Of a DNA stretch of 64,000 nucleotides, positions 41,009 to 50,828 are shown in pieces. How positions within the stretch are numbered: the first letter of the stretch is position 1; each line of letters begins with the position of its first letter. The position numbers and the translations under genes are program-made. A model generated the notes under the pieces. It saw nothing but the letters and a program-made list of their open reading frames with translations. It ran no database searches and had not been told where the DNA came from. Source of the DNA: Piromyces finnis finn (lineage: Eukaryota > Fungi > Neocallimastigomycota); contig MCFH01000025.1 of the NCBI GenBank assembly GCA_002104945.1, positions 1-64,000 on the forward strand, read 5' to 3'.

Positions 41009-41578
41009 CACTTACTCATCATTTCCATCAATAAATAAAACTACTTGTTGTTCTAAACTAAATTTTTTAACTAATTGACCAACAGGTTCTTCCATATATT
41101 CTTTGACTTTTAATAAATCTGGTCTATTCTTGAGTCTTTCATAAGTTCTTTCTTCCTTAAGAATATCTTTAAGGAATGCTTTTTCTTCCAAAGTAAGAAC
41201 ATTATCATACATGTCTAAATTAATTTCATCCTCTAATTTTTTTTGAATATCTTTATAAGCAGAATGATTAGCTTCATTATATTCTGTTACAAAAACCTTT
41301 TCAGTGGTAGGTTCATTAATTGATTTATTTAATAAAATTTCAATTTTTTTTGAATATAATTCTGGTTGGAATTGCTTTAAATAGAGAATAAAACCACCAA
41401 CAATAACTGAGGCAGTAATAATGACAGTAATTAAAAATTTTATGCAATGACAACCACAATTACCACAACAACCTTTACAATTTGATTTTTCAATCTTTTT
41501 TTCAGTTGAGGTATTGTTTTCTTGAATTTCAGAAGGTTTAGTTTCCTTCTCTTTAGTATTTCTTTTGTTTACTGCCAT
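40330..41578 (-). CDS. Membrane-anchored glutaredoxin-like protein, 3 exons (41578-41016, 40859-40786, ~40630-40330)
   Basis: GTAAG donors at 41015 and 40785; spliced C-terminus IRDALFRMTAQRTFPFIFVNGKFFG resembles the Grx TVP/GG region; one hydrophobic helix (FLITVIITASVIVGGFILYL); no CxxC. The third-exon acceptor is ambiguous. Confidence 0.72.
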
Positions 41579-41666
41579 TCTTTTATATATTATTTCTAAA
41601 ATTATTTTTTAAATAATTTCTAATGTTATTTATTACTTATCTTTTATTTATCTATCTATCTATTTA

Positions 41667-41697
<31 letters not shown>

Positions 41698-42422
41698 ATT
41701 TTTATTTTTATTTTAATTTCTATTTTTATTTTTATATTTATTTTTATATTTTTATTTTTTTATTTTTATTTTTTATTTTTATTTTTTTATTTTTATTCTT
41801 ATTTTATTTTATTTAACCTATTTTTTTTATTTCGATCTGAAATATTTTATTCTTTTACTTCTGTCTATTAATGTATTAGAAAATATTAAAAATAAAGTTC
41901 ATATTGAGATTGTTATTAATATTTTTTTGTAGTAGAATAATGTAATGTAATTATATTAATAATAAAAAGTAGCAATAAAAATCTTCAAAAATATCAATAT
42001 AATTATAACTTAATAAAGAAAATTTTAATATAATAAAATCTTAAATAAATATAAATTGGTTTTTTAATTTAAAAATCATTTATTAATAAGGTTAAAAATT
42101 AATAAATCATATGATAATATAATTAAAGATCTATGTAGACACTACGTTTAAATATTTATTATATTAATCACATATGTACATAATATATATTATATGTATA
42201 TAAATAAGTGTTTATAATTTGTATTTAATATGTTAAAACCTTTTTTTTTTTTTTTTTACTTTATTTTAAATATAATAAATAAGAATCATAAAAGAACAAT
42301 GAAACAACGCAGTAACAATAAATAGAATCTTTTAACATAACAATTATAAATATAAATAATTTAATATATAAAAAAAATTCTTTAATAACCGACACAAAAA
42401 TTTAATATATATATACTTTTCA

Positions 42423-42457
<35 letters not shown>

Positions 42458-42472
42458 TCATAAATACATATA

Positions 42473-42919
42473 ATGTCTGATTTTAATTTTGATATTACAT
42501 ATCAAACAAGCGGAAATAATTATAGTTATGGAAAAAGTCCTTTCAGACAAATCCAATATTATTTAACTAACAGAATTATAGGAAAATATAGTAAATCAAT
42601 ATTTATTGATGGATTTATAAATTTTTTAACACAACATATTAATTATTCTGATATATCTTATGATGATGAAAATAATGAAAATCGATTTAGTAATTTGAAT
42701 GTTAAAATGTTATATTTTGTTTATATTATTAAAACATTTGAGTATCCAGATTTAAATGAAAATGACTTAATTGATGCTGAACATAAAACCGTAATTAAAC
42801 CTATATTTGAAGATATATTACAAATAAAGGATCCTGAAAATTATGAAGATTATTTTCTTGATATTATACGTTATCTCACTATATTTGATAAAATTATTAA
42901 TGATGATTTTATTATTTAG
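42473..42919 (+). CDS. Intronless 148-aa acidic protein of unknown function, possibly viral
   Basis: Clean ORF in otherwise nearly pure A/T DNA, with coding-like composition; ends ..FLDIIRYLTIF.. Confidence 0.6.
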   Translation: MSDFNFDITYQTSGNNYSYGKSPFRQIQYYLTNRIIGKYSKSIFIDGFINFLTQHINYSDISYDDENNENRFSNLNVKMLYFVYIIKTFEYPDLNENDLIDAEHKTVIKPIFEDILQIKDPENYEDYFLDIIRYLTIFDKIINDDFII

Positions 42920-43563
42920 TAAAATATTATAAAATTTTGATTTTAAGTATAATATATATATTCTATTTTTTATTTTTATTTCATTAAACTCATTTCAATA
43001 AATAAATTGTTTATTATTTACTTAAATTTCGAAATTGTGGATAGAAATTGGTATTTATTTTAATACTTATTTATCTTTATTTACTTTTTAACAAGTTCAT
43101 AATGATTTTAATTAATAAAATAAATGTATTTATTGTTAATATAATTCAAAATTAAAAAATAAATTAATTCTTTAATTTTTATTTAATAATAATAGATATA
43201 AAATATATCTTGTCATAAAATATTTATAATATTATATATATATATATTTTATTATTATTATTATTATTTTATCAATTAATTCTTAAAATTGCCGAGACAA
43301 ACATTTATTGAAAATTGTTTACTACCGTTGGAAATATCTTTTTTTTGAAGAGATATAATAATGAAATTTCAAAAGAAATGAATTTTGGTTTTTTATTTAT
43401 AGAATTATTTCCGCTCCTTTTATTAATTATTACTTTTTCTTTTCAAAATAAAGAATTAAATATTTTTGTGTAATTGATGGTTATTAATATTTTTGTAAAT
43501 TTATAATGCATAAACAATGTTTATAATAATAATGATAATAACAAATAAAATAAAATAAATAAA

Positions 43564-45729
43564 TTAAGGTTCACAAGACATTGAGTATGCATACTCTAAG
43601 AAAATATCGTCTATATCTAACATATTGGAAGCAAATGGATAGTAATGAATTTCTTTGTTATTAAGATCATGAACAATGCCATTTTCATCAGTTGTTAAAT
43701 CTTCCATACATTTAACCAACTCTCTTTGTAAGTATCCAATAGAAGATGTATTTAAAGAAGTTGATATAATTCCAGCACGTCCAGATTTTGAGTGAATAAA
43801 TAATTCTTTTGATGATAGACCTTCTGAATAAGAACCTTTTATATATAAAGATGGTAGAACAGCTTGAAATCCAACTGCTACTAAGATTTGTGATATATTT
43901 TCTTTACTACCTTTGGAACCACTATTTACAATATTAGTTAAATTATTGTCAATTGAGCCAATTATTTCTGATAAAGAAAAATGTCTATTAACATCTTCAT
44001 TTGATAAATTTGTTTGACTTAAAATATTATTTTGATCAAAAATTAGTGAATCAATACTTGATAAAGGAACATCCGTTGCATTATTAGATATATTATCTAT
44101 TATTGGTTTAAATGAAGTTTTCATATTTTCATTAGCTATACAATCAGCAATGGAAATAGTAATTGTGTGAAATAAATTATACTCATGGACCATTTGTTGA
44201 ACATTCCACATAAATTTCAAGTAAAAATCATTACCATAATTACTTATTGCATTAAGTAGAAGTGTTTGATTATTACCATTAATAACCCCTAACGAAATAC
44301 CACGATCTATAATTAACTTATTATTATGTTTTAAAGTTAATGTTTTAGGAAGTAATAAAGATAATAAGTGTGCATATGGAATATTTGTTGTATTCATTCT
44401 TTCATTATAAAATTCACAAAATTTTATCCATTCTTTAGTTGAAATATTAAGTTTTTTACATATTCTTTCAATGATAAAGGAATCAACAATGTGCGTATCC
44501 CTTGTCATATTATATAATCCTGTTAATGTATCTTGTATAAATTTAATCATTATAGAAGCGTCTTTAAATGATCGAATATTATTTGATATATTTAATTTGG
44601 TTGCCAATTCTTTTTTTGCTTCTATTCCCGGAAGCCAAAATATATTCATCTCATCACCATCAAAATCTGCTTGAAAAACATTTGCTATTAATGGGTTGAT
44701 TTGGATTGTACGACAATTACTTGGAAAAGAACGAATTGCTAATATTGACGTAGATTGAAGTGTAGGTTGTCTATTGATAATGACATAATCATTTGGTTTA
44801 TAGCCAAAAGAAACTAATCTATCAGTAAACTCTTTTGGAATTAATATTCTATCAATAGGGGTATCTATATTTGGCACAATTACACTACGTAAACAAAAGT
44901 TTTGTCTTTTTGATAAGCACATGCTTCTAAATATTCCCTTTTTTCCGGATAATAATTGTTTAATATAATTTTTATTTGTAGTTTCAATTTTACCTGTTGA
45001 ACATTTCATTCCTAATACTTTTTTATATAAATTATACACTCTTAGTGAATAACTATTATTAATATTTTCATCATTTTGATATTTTTGATTTAAATCAAAA
45101 AATTTTAGATATAATGAAGTAATGTTATTATGCAATATTACATTACTAGAATCTACTATAGATGGTCTCATATTTATTGGTAAAATTGGAATATTTTTAA
45201 TAAATACTCTAAGTAATTTAGATTTAAGTCCAGGATTGTTACTAAAATCTGAATTATAAATTTCTTTATACATATCTTCTACTGATATTTGTTTGTTTCC
45301 AAATGAAAAAGCATATTCTGATTCTTGAGGTTTATTAGACTTTTTGTTTTTATATTTATTTACTTTTTTTTCGTTATCGTTTTTGTTTTCAGAATTTGAT
45401 TTAAATAAAGAAAATGTTGTGGATACTATTTTTTTTTTACAGCAAATTGACTTTACATTATTTGAACTATCATATTTTTTACAAATGGGACAAATGTGCG
45501 TTATTTCTTTACACAAAGTATTCACGAATAAAGGATGAACAATTCTTTGAAAAAGGGGTATTCTTCCTAAATGGCCTGGACATTCAATAATTTTCTTACA
45601 TTGTCTGCATGGTAACTGAGGATTAAGTGTATATGAAGTTGTGTTGTCAATTAATTCGTCTTTATTATTTATTAAAATCGCTTTTTTTTCAAGTTTTTCA
45701 TCATCATATAATTCAAATTTTAAATGCAT
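43564..45729 (-). CDS. Streamlined multisubunit RNA polymerase largest subunit (RPB1/beta-prime N-terminal part), virus-like, 721 aa
   Basis: Zn clamp CRQC..ECPGH and CPIC; LSGKKGIFR; RSVIVP; NRQPTL; catalytic QADFDGDEMN; SGSKGS..NISQI; bridge helix GRAGIISTSLNTSSIGYLQRELVKCMEDL; no introns, no heptad CTD. Confidence 0.93.
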   Translation of the reverse strand: MHLKFELYDDEKLEKKAILINNKDELIDNTTSYTLNPQLPCRQCKKIIECPGHLGRIPLFQRIVHPLFVNTLCKEITHICPICKKYDSSNNVKSICCKKKIVSTTFSLFKSNSENKNDNEKKVNKYKNKKSNKPQESEYAFSFGNKQISVEDMYKEIYNSDFSNNPGLKSKLLRVFIKNIPILPINMRPSIVDSSNVILHNNITSLYLKFFDLNQKYQNDENINNSYSLRVYNLYKKVLGMKCSTGKIETTNKNYIKQLLSGKKGIFRSMCLSKRQNFCLRSVIVPNIDTPIDRILIPKEFTDRLVSFGYKPNDYVIINRQPTLQSTSILAIRSFPSNCRTIQINPLIANVFQADFDGDEMNIFWLPGIEAKKELATKLNISNNIRSFKDASIMIKFIQDTLTGLYNMTRDTHIVDSFIIERICKKLNISTKEWIKFCEFYNERMNTTNIPYAHLLSLLLPKTLTLKHNNKLIIDRGISLGVINGNNQTLLLNAISNYGNDFYLKFMWNVQQMVHEYNLFHTITISIADCIANENMKTSFKPIIDNISNNATDVPLSSIDSLIFDQNNILSQTNLSNEDVNRHFSLSEIIGSIDNNLTNIVNSGSKGSKENISQILVAVGFQAVLPSLYIKGSYSEGLSSKELFIHSKSGRAGIISTSLNTSSIGYLQRELVKCMEDLTTDENGIVHDLNNKEIHYYPFASNMLDIDDIFLEYAYSMSCEP

Positions 45730-47773
45730 ATTTATATTTTACTATTTATATTCTACTATTTATTTAGAAAGAATATTATATTTTGTTTTTATTTTTGTTT
45801 TTGTTTTATTTTATATTAATATTTAATTCAATATAAATAGAAAATGAGAAAATGTAATTGTGATATTGGGATATATTAATTATAAAATAAAAAACACCAA
45901 TAATTCTATAGTAATTATTTATTATATCAATACATTACATCATAAAAATCATAAAAATATTGTAATTTTAATTAATAATAAATAACAAAGAATTTTTAGA
46001 TTAATCTTAATTATTAATAAAACTTGAATTATAACATCCACTTCTCTTATATCCACTTCTTATAATTTTTTTTGTAAAAAAATGTTTTAAAATATATATA
46101 TATTTTTTTTTACAATAAAACAAAAAAAAAAAAAAATAAGTAAACAAAGCTTTAAAAATAAATAATAGTTTTTATTTTCTTCCTAAAACTTTTAATTATA
46201 TTTTAGTCAGTAAAAATTACATTTCTTTTCCTTCTCAAAATAATTTACATATTTTTTTTGTTTGATTTATTATCCTTTTTTTTTTTTTTTTTTTTTTAAA
46301 CAAATTTTTAATATAAATAAACAATACAATTAAAAATTAAAAATAAAATCTATCATTTTATAATTCTTTTAAATATTTAAAATATTTAAATTTGAATAAG
46401 TTATTCCATAATTTAAATAACTTAAACATTTTAATATTAATTCTTATTTAATTATTCCATAAAATATATTTAATAAATTTTATATAATTATTTATTATTA
46501 AAATTAAATTATATAGAGATGACATTTACTAAGTTATGGTGAAATCTTATTAATTATAAGGCAAACTTAGTTAATTCACTGTTTCTCTACTCCAAAAAAC
46601 AAGCTTTTAAATTTATCTATAGAGCTGGAAAGAAATCAGGTAAGACTTTTTTCTAGAAGAAGTGATCATGTTGTTGATTCATCTACTATTAATAATACTT
46701 CCTGTTTCATAATTAAATCAAAATTTTTAATAAATCATTTAATAAAAAAAATAAAAAAATAAAAAGTGCATATAATTGTTTTGAATATTTAACTAATAAT
46801 CTTTTACTCCTTAAATATAATTACTTGATTTATTTTAATTAAATTATTTTATAATAATTCATTATTAAATTATCTATATAATATTTTTACATATGATCAA
46901 ATTTTATTTTTGTCTTTTTATTTTAATTGTTTTTATTAAATGAGAATTTAATTTCCCTTCTTAATTTTTCATTTCACGAGTCATACAAGTTATGAATAAT
47001 GAACATTATGAAGTCAAAATACATTCATATTCATTGAAAAATGAGTGTAAAACAGCGTTTTTATTCTTTAAAATGGTATTATATTTCCTTTTATCCATTT
47101 CATTTTCATAAGATTATTAAGTCATACAAAAATACAATTTTTATTATATATATATAAAACGAACTCAATTATTTTCAATTATTCCATTTAGTAAAGCTGT
47201 TGTATATGCATTTCTATTGTTTATATATAAGAAAGGTAAATATTCATATTTTAAGAAAAATAATTAGAACTTCTATAATTATCTGTTAATATAAAAAAAA
47301 AAAAACTTTGCATTTTAATCCTTCTTGAAAGTTATATTATAATTTAATTAATTCTTTCAAAGTTTTATAATTTTTGGTGGTTAAATAGTTTCCTTCAGCA
47401 AAGAAGTCAACATGTCCATAATTATAATCATCATAACATTTTTAAAATTACAAAAAACTATACTTTTTCTATAATACTATATAAATAATTAAATAACAAT
47501 TAAATGCTTATTTGGTTAAAACATATGATAAATCTTATTAATATCATTTTTGTTTTTATACTCCATTTTATTATTATAGAAATATTGTCATATTAAACGA
47601 AACAGCATAAAAAAAAAAAATTAATAAAATAAAAAGTAACAAAGTTTATTTAAATAACTGATAATATTCATTATATTTATGAAATTATATATCATTTATT
47701 TAATTTAATATTTCTATTTTACAAATTTTTTATTGCTGTTCATCGTGTATTTATTTATTTTTTTCTCTTAATA

Positions 47774-48895
47774 CTAATATTTATATTTTTTAGTGATAAA
47801 AACGATCAATCCTATATAAAAATTAATCAAGGAACGCGTGTTTACTGATGCATTCCATTGTCCTTGTTTAACCATTGAATATGTACAAAGGTAACCATTA
47901 ATTAAACCAGTAATCCATTCTTTTTCTTTACCATAACAACGAATATAGAATAAATGCGTTAAAGCAATATTTGAAAGAATAGCTGCTGTCCATTTCCAAG
48001 TATTGAACGATACAAACTTGTAATTAAAACCACCAATAATGAATCGATAAAAAATATATCTAAACATTAATTCTTCAATAATTGGAATAATGAAACAAGA
48101 ACAAAAAAAACGAATGATATTAATAAACAAAATCTTTACGGTATTATCGAAATGATTTTCTGGATTCCATAATAATTTATCATTTAATGCATTATCAGTG
48201 TTACATTGTATTGTTTTTTTTATATTATATTTATCTTTTACAGACAATGTTTGATGATTTTTAGGTTTAATAGAATCTTGTATTAAATTTTTTTGACTTT
48301 TTAATATTTTTTTGTTAGTTTGATATAAACTATTACTTTTTGGGGTATATAAACATTTATTAAAAGAATTTACTTGAATAATTGGATTATCTAACCATGG
48401 TTGGCCAAAAATAATAGCAACAATAAATCCAACGATACTATTTTTAACAGAAAGTTTGGAAGGTATCCAAAATTTTAAGGTATAGACATCAGAGATTTCG
48501 GGAATCAATTTCTTCGAAATAACTAATATTAAAATTATATAAATAAAGTATATAGCAAATCTTGTATAATAGATATAAAGATTTGAAGTATCTTTTATAT
48601 TTGATATTTTAAAAATTAAACAATCTTTCAGACAAATTTTTATTTTATTAGGCTTATTATTATTTTCTTCCTTAGAATTATTATAAAGTTTATTTGATGA
48701 TGTATTAGTAGTTGAGTAATCCTGATCATTATCATTATTTTTTAATTCATAGTCATCTTTCTTTTTTGACTCTTTACTTTTTATATAATGTTTATAGTTT
48801 TTTAAATTTTCAAATACACCGCCAATATACAATGAAAGTGGAATTGATAATACAAAAGGAATCACTATTAATAATAAATTAAGTATTTCTATCAT
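47774..48895 (-). CDS. CPBP/Abi (CAAX-protease-like) intramembrane protein resembling the bacterial PEP-CTERM-associated type
   Basis: Intronless multi-TM ORF; IRFFCSCFIIPIIEELMFRYIFYRFII (EExxxR), ALTH, and RSLIN at the usual HxxxN position. Confidence 0.7.
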   Translation of the reverse strand: MIEILNLLLIVIPFVLSIPLSLYIGGVFENLKNYKHYIKSKESKKKDDYELKNNDNDQDYSTTNTSSNKLYNNSKEENNNKPNKIKICLKDCLIFKISNIKDTSNLYIYYTRFAIYFIYIILILVISKKLIPEISDVYTLKFWIPSKLSVKNSIVGFIVAIIFGQPWLDNPIIQVNSFNKCLYTPKSNSLYQTNKKILKSQKNLIQDSIKPKNHQTLSVKDKYNIKKTIQCNTDNALNDKLLWNPENHFDNTVKILFINIIRFFCSCFIIPIIEELMFRYIFYRFIIGGFNYKFVSFNTWKWTAAILSNIALTHLFYIRCYGKEKEWITGLINGYLCTYSMVKQGQWNASVNTRSLINFYIGLIVFITKKYKY

Positions 48896-49878
48896 GATAG
48901 TAAAATAAGAATATAAATAATTTATATATAAAGAGAGGAAGATTTGATAATATTCTATATCTGAAATTTTTATATATATATAAATTAATTATGTTATTGT
49001 ATTTTTTATTTTTTTTATTTTTTTTTATTTATTTATTTATTTGTTTATTTTGTTTAAAAATTTAGAATTAAATAAATATTATTTCATAATAAAATAATAA
49101 TAAACTTGATATTATTAATCATTTATTATTATTATTATTATTCAATGTTTTAAAATTTTGTAAATTTTTTTCTTAATAAAACTTGAATATTTATTGAATA
49201 TATAATAATATAAATTATGAATTAAGAAACAGTTTTATTTTAATTATTGTTTAAAACAAACTATTTAAAAAAAAAAACTTTTTACTAAATTATTATTTAA
49301 TTAAATATATTTTTTATTTGTTCATTTATTTAATTATTATTTTGTTATACTTAAATTTTATATAATATAAATTTTACTATAGATTTTATTTATTATGTTT
49401 TAATATTTGTCTTTTCTTTAAATATCAAAATATTTCTTCTTTTCGTCTTATACTAAGTTCTTCTTAAACATACATTCAATTAGTTAAATATCCAATTATA
49501 CTTATTAAACTATATAATATATTATGGATTATAAATTCATATTATTATCATTACATTACATACTCCTAAATTTACATTACATTTTTTACATTATTATACA
49601 TTATTTCAAATAGGTCTAATTTGTAGTTTATATAACTCTATTATTTATTAAATTTATTAAAAGTCAATTTTATATTAATATATATATTAAAAAGTTTAGA
49701 TTTATATAATATATATATATATTTTATTCCACTTAAACATTTTATTATAATTACAAATTAACTTTTTCACTTGCTAAACAAATTAATATATCATTCAATT
49801 GTATATTGATAATTAAATATTATTTATATAATGATTTATTGAAAGGTTTAATAATTTTTTCTTTCAATTTTGTTTTAT

Positions 49879-50463
49879 TTATAATAAACCATACTTGAAT
49901 TTAATTTCTTTAGTTAATATATCTTTATTAACTTCAACATTACTGTGTAAAATTTCAATGACTTCACGTTTGGTAAACTTATTTTCCTCAGCATATGTTA
50001 CAAGATATTCTTTATCATCAATAATTAATGGGAAAACAAAGAAACGATAATTTTCTGGATTTTTTTTTAATTTAACTTCTTTCTTTATTTCATTATAAGA
50101 AATTTCTAAAGCTTGTTGAATATATGGTGTAAAAAAAATTGGGACTTCATCAAGAATGTTTTCTTTTTCAGCTTTTTTTGTTTTGGATTTAAAACAAAAA
50201 GTATCCTTTAATTGCGTTGTAATATGGGGTTTAATGGTTGAAATAATATCTAATGGAAATTGTTCTTTGTCAAATTCATTTAATAATTTATATAATAATT
50301 CAATTGTTGTTGTCAATTTTTTTACAGTGTAAGATTTTTCTTTTTCACTTATGGATGTTTGAATTGCAATGGCGTTTAAAACTATGTCGATCGAATCTGA
50401 TATTACATTTCGATTTAATTCATTTAATCTCTTTTGTGATAATGCTTTTATTGCTTCGCTCAT
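49879..50463 (-). CDS. Intronless ~194-aa K/E-rich protein of unknown function, divergent from ATM/TEL1
   Basis: Clean ORF; ATG at 50463 (MSEAIKALSQK) is more plausible than the upstream TTG; no recognisable motif. Confidence 0.65.
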   Translation of the reverse strand: MSEAIKALSQKRLNELNRNVISDSIDIVLNAIAIQTSISEKEKSYTVKKLTTTIELLYKLLNEFDKEQFPLDIISTIKPHITTQLKDTFCFKSKTKKAEKENILDEVPIFFTPYIQQALEISYNEIKKEVKLKKNPENYRFFVFPLIIDDKEYLVTYAEENKFTKREVIEILHSNVEVNKDILTKEIKFKYGLL

Positions 50464-50828
50464 TGTTAATAAAATCTTTTTTAAAAAAAAAAACAAATAT
50501 ATTTTAAATAAATATTAAATATTAATATATTTTTTAAACTATATAAATGTATAAATGTAACAATTAAAGATAATATTTACCAAATAAAATAAAATTCTTT
50601 TAATATATATATGTATATGTATTTAATTTATAATTATCTAAAAATTAATACATTACGTAAATGTTATTAAATAACTCTACTAAAAAATTAATGAAAATTT
50701 TAAAAAGTTAATAAATAATATTCATACTCATTTAAATGACATTAATATAAATTACAATAATGAAATAGTAATTGTATTTGCAAAAATTTATTATATTTTA
50801 AATTAATGTTAATTTAGTATCTTTTATA

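Noticed and set aside
41623-41871. F/I-rich ORF
   Set aside because: Low-complexity T-rich tract upstream of the Grx-like gene.
43564-45729. Host Pol I/II/III largest subunit
   Set aside because: About half the expected length, intronless, no CTD, large internal deletions and an altered NADFDGD motif; too divergent for an essential nuclear polymerase.
29711-45729. Integrated pGKL-type linear plasmid or Polinton/Maverick
   Set aside because: No protein-primed DNA polymerase, terminal inverted repeats, capsid or packaging ATPase seen; RPB1 is not fused to a beta-like part; an A7-like gene points to NCLDV. Not fully excluded without phylogeny.
45730-45775. TAAAT repeats before the RPB1 ATG as a poxvirus-type promoter (also AATTGAA before the A7-like ATG)
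   Set aside because: Such words are expected by chance in DNA this AT-rich, and no shared motif precedes all the virus-like genes.
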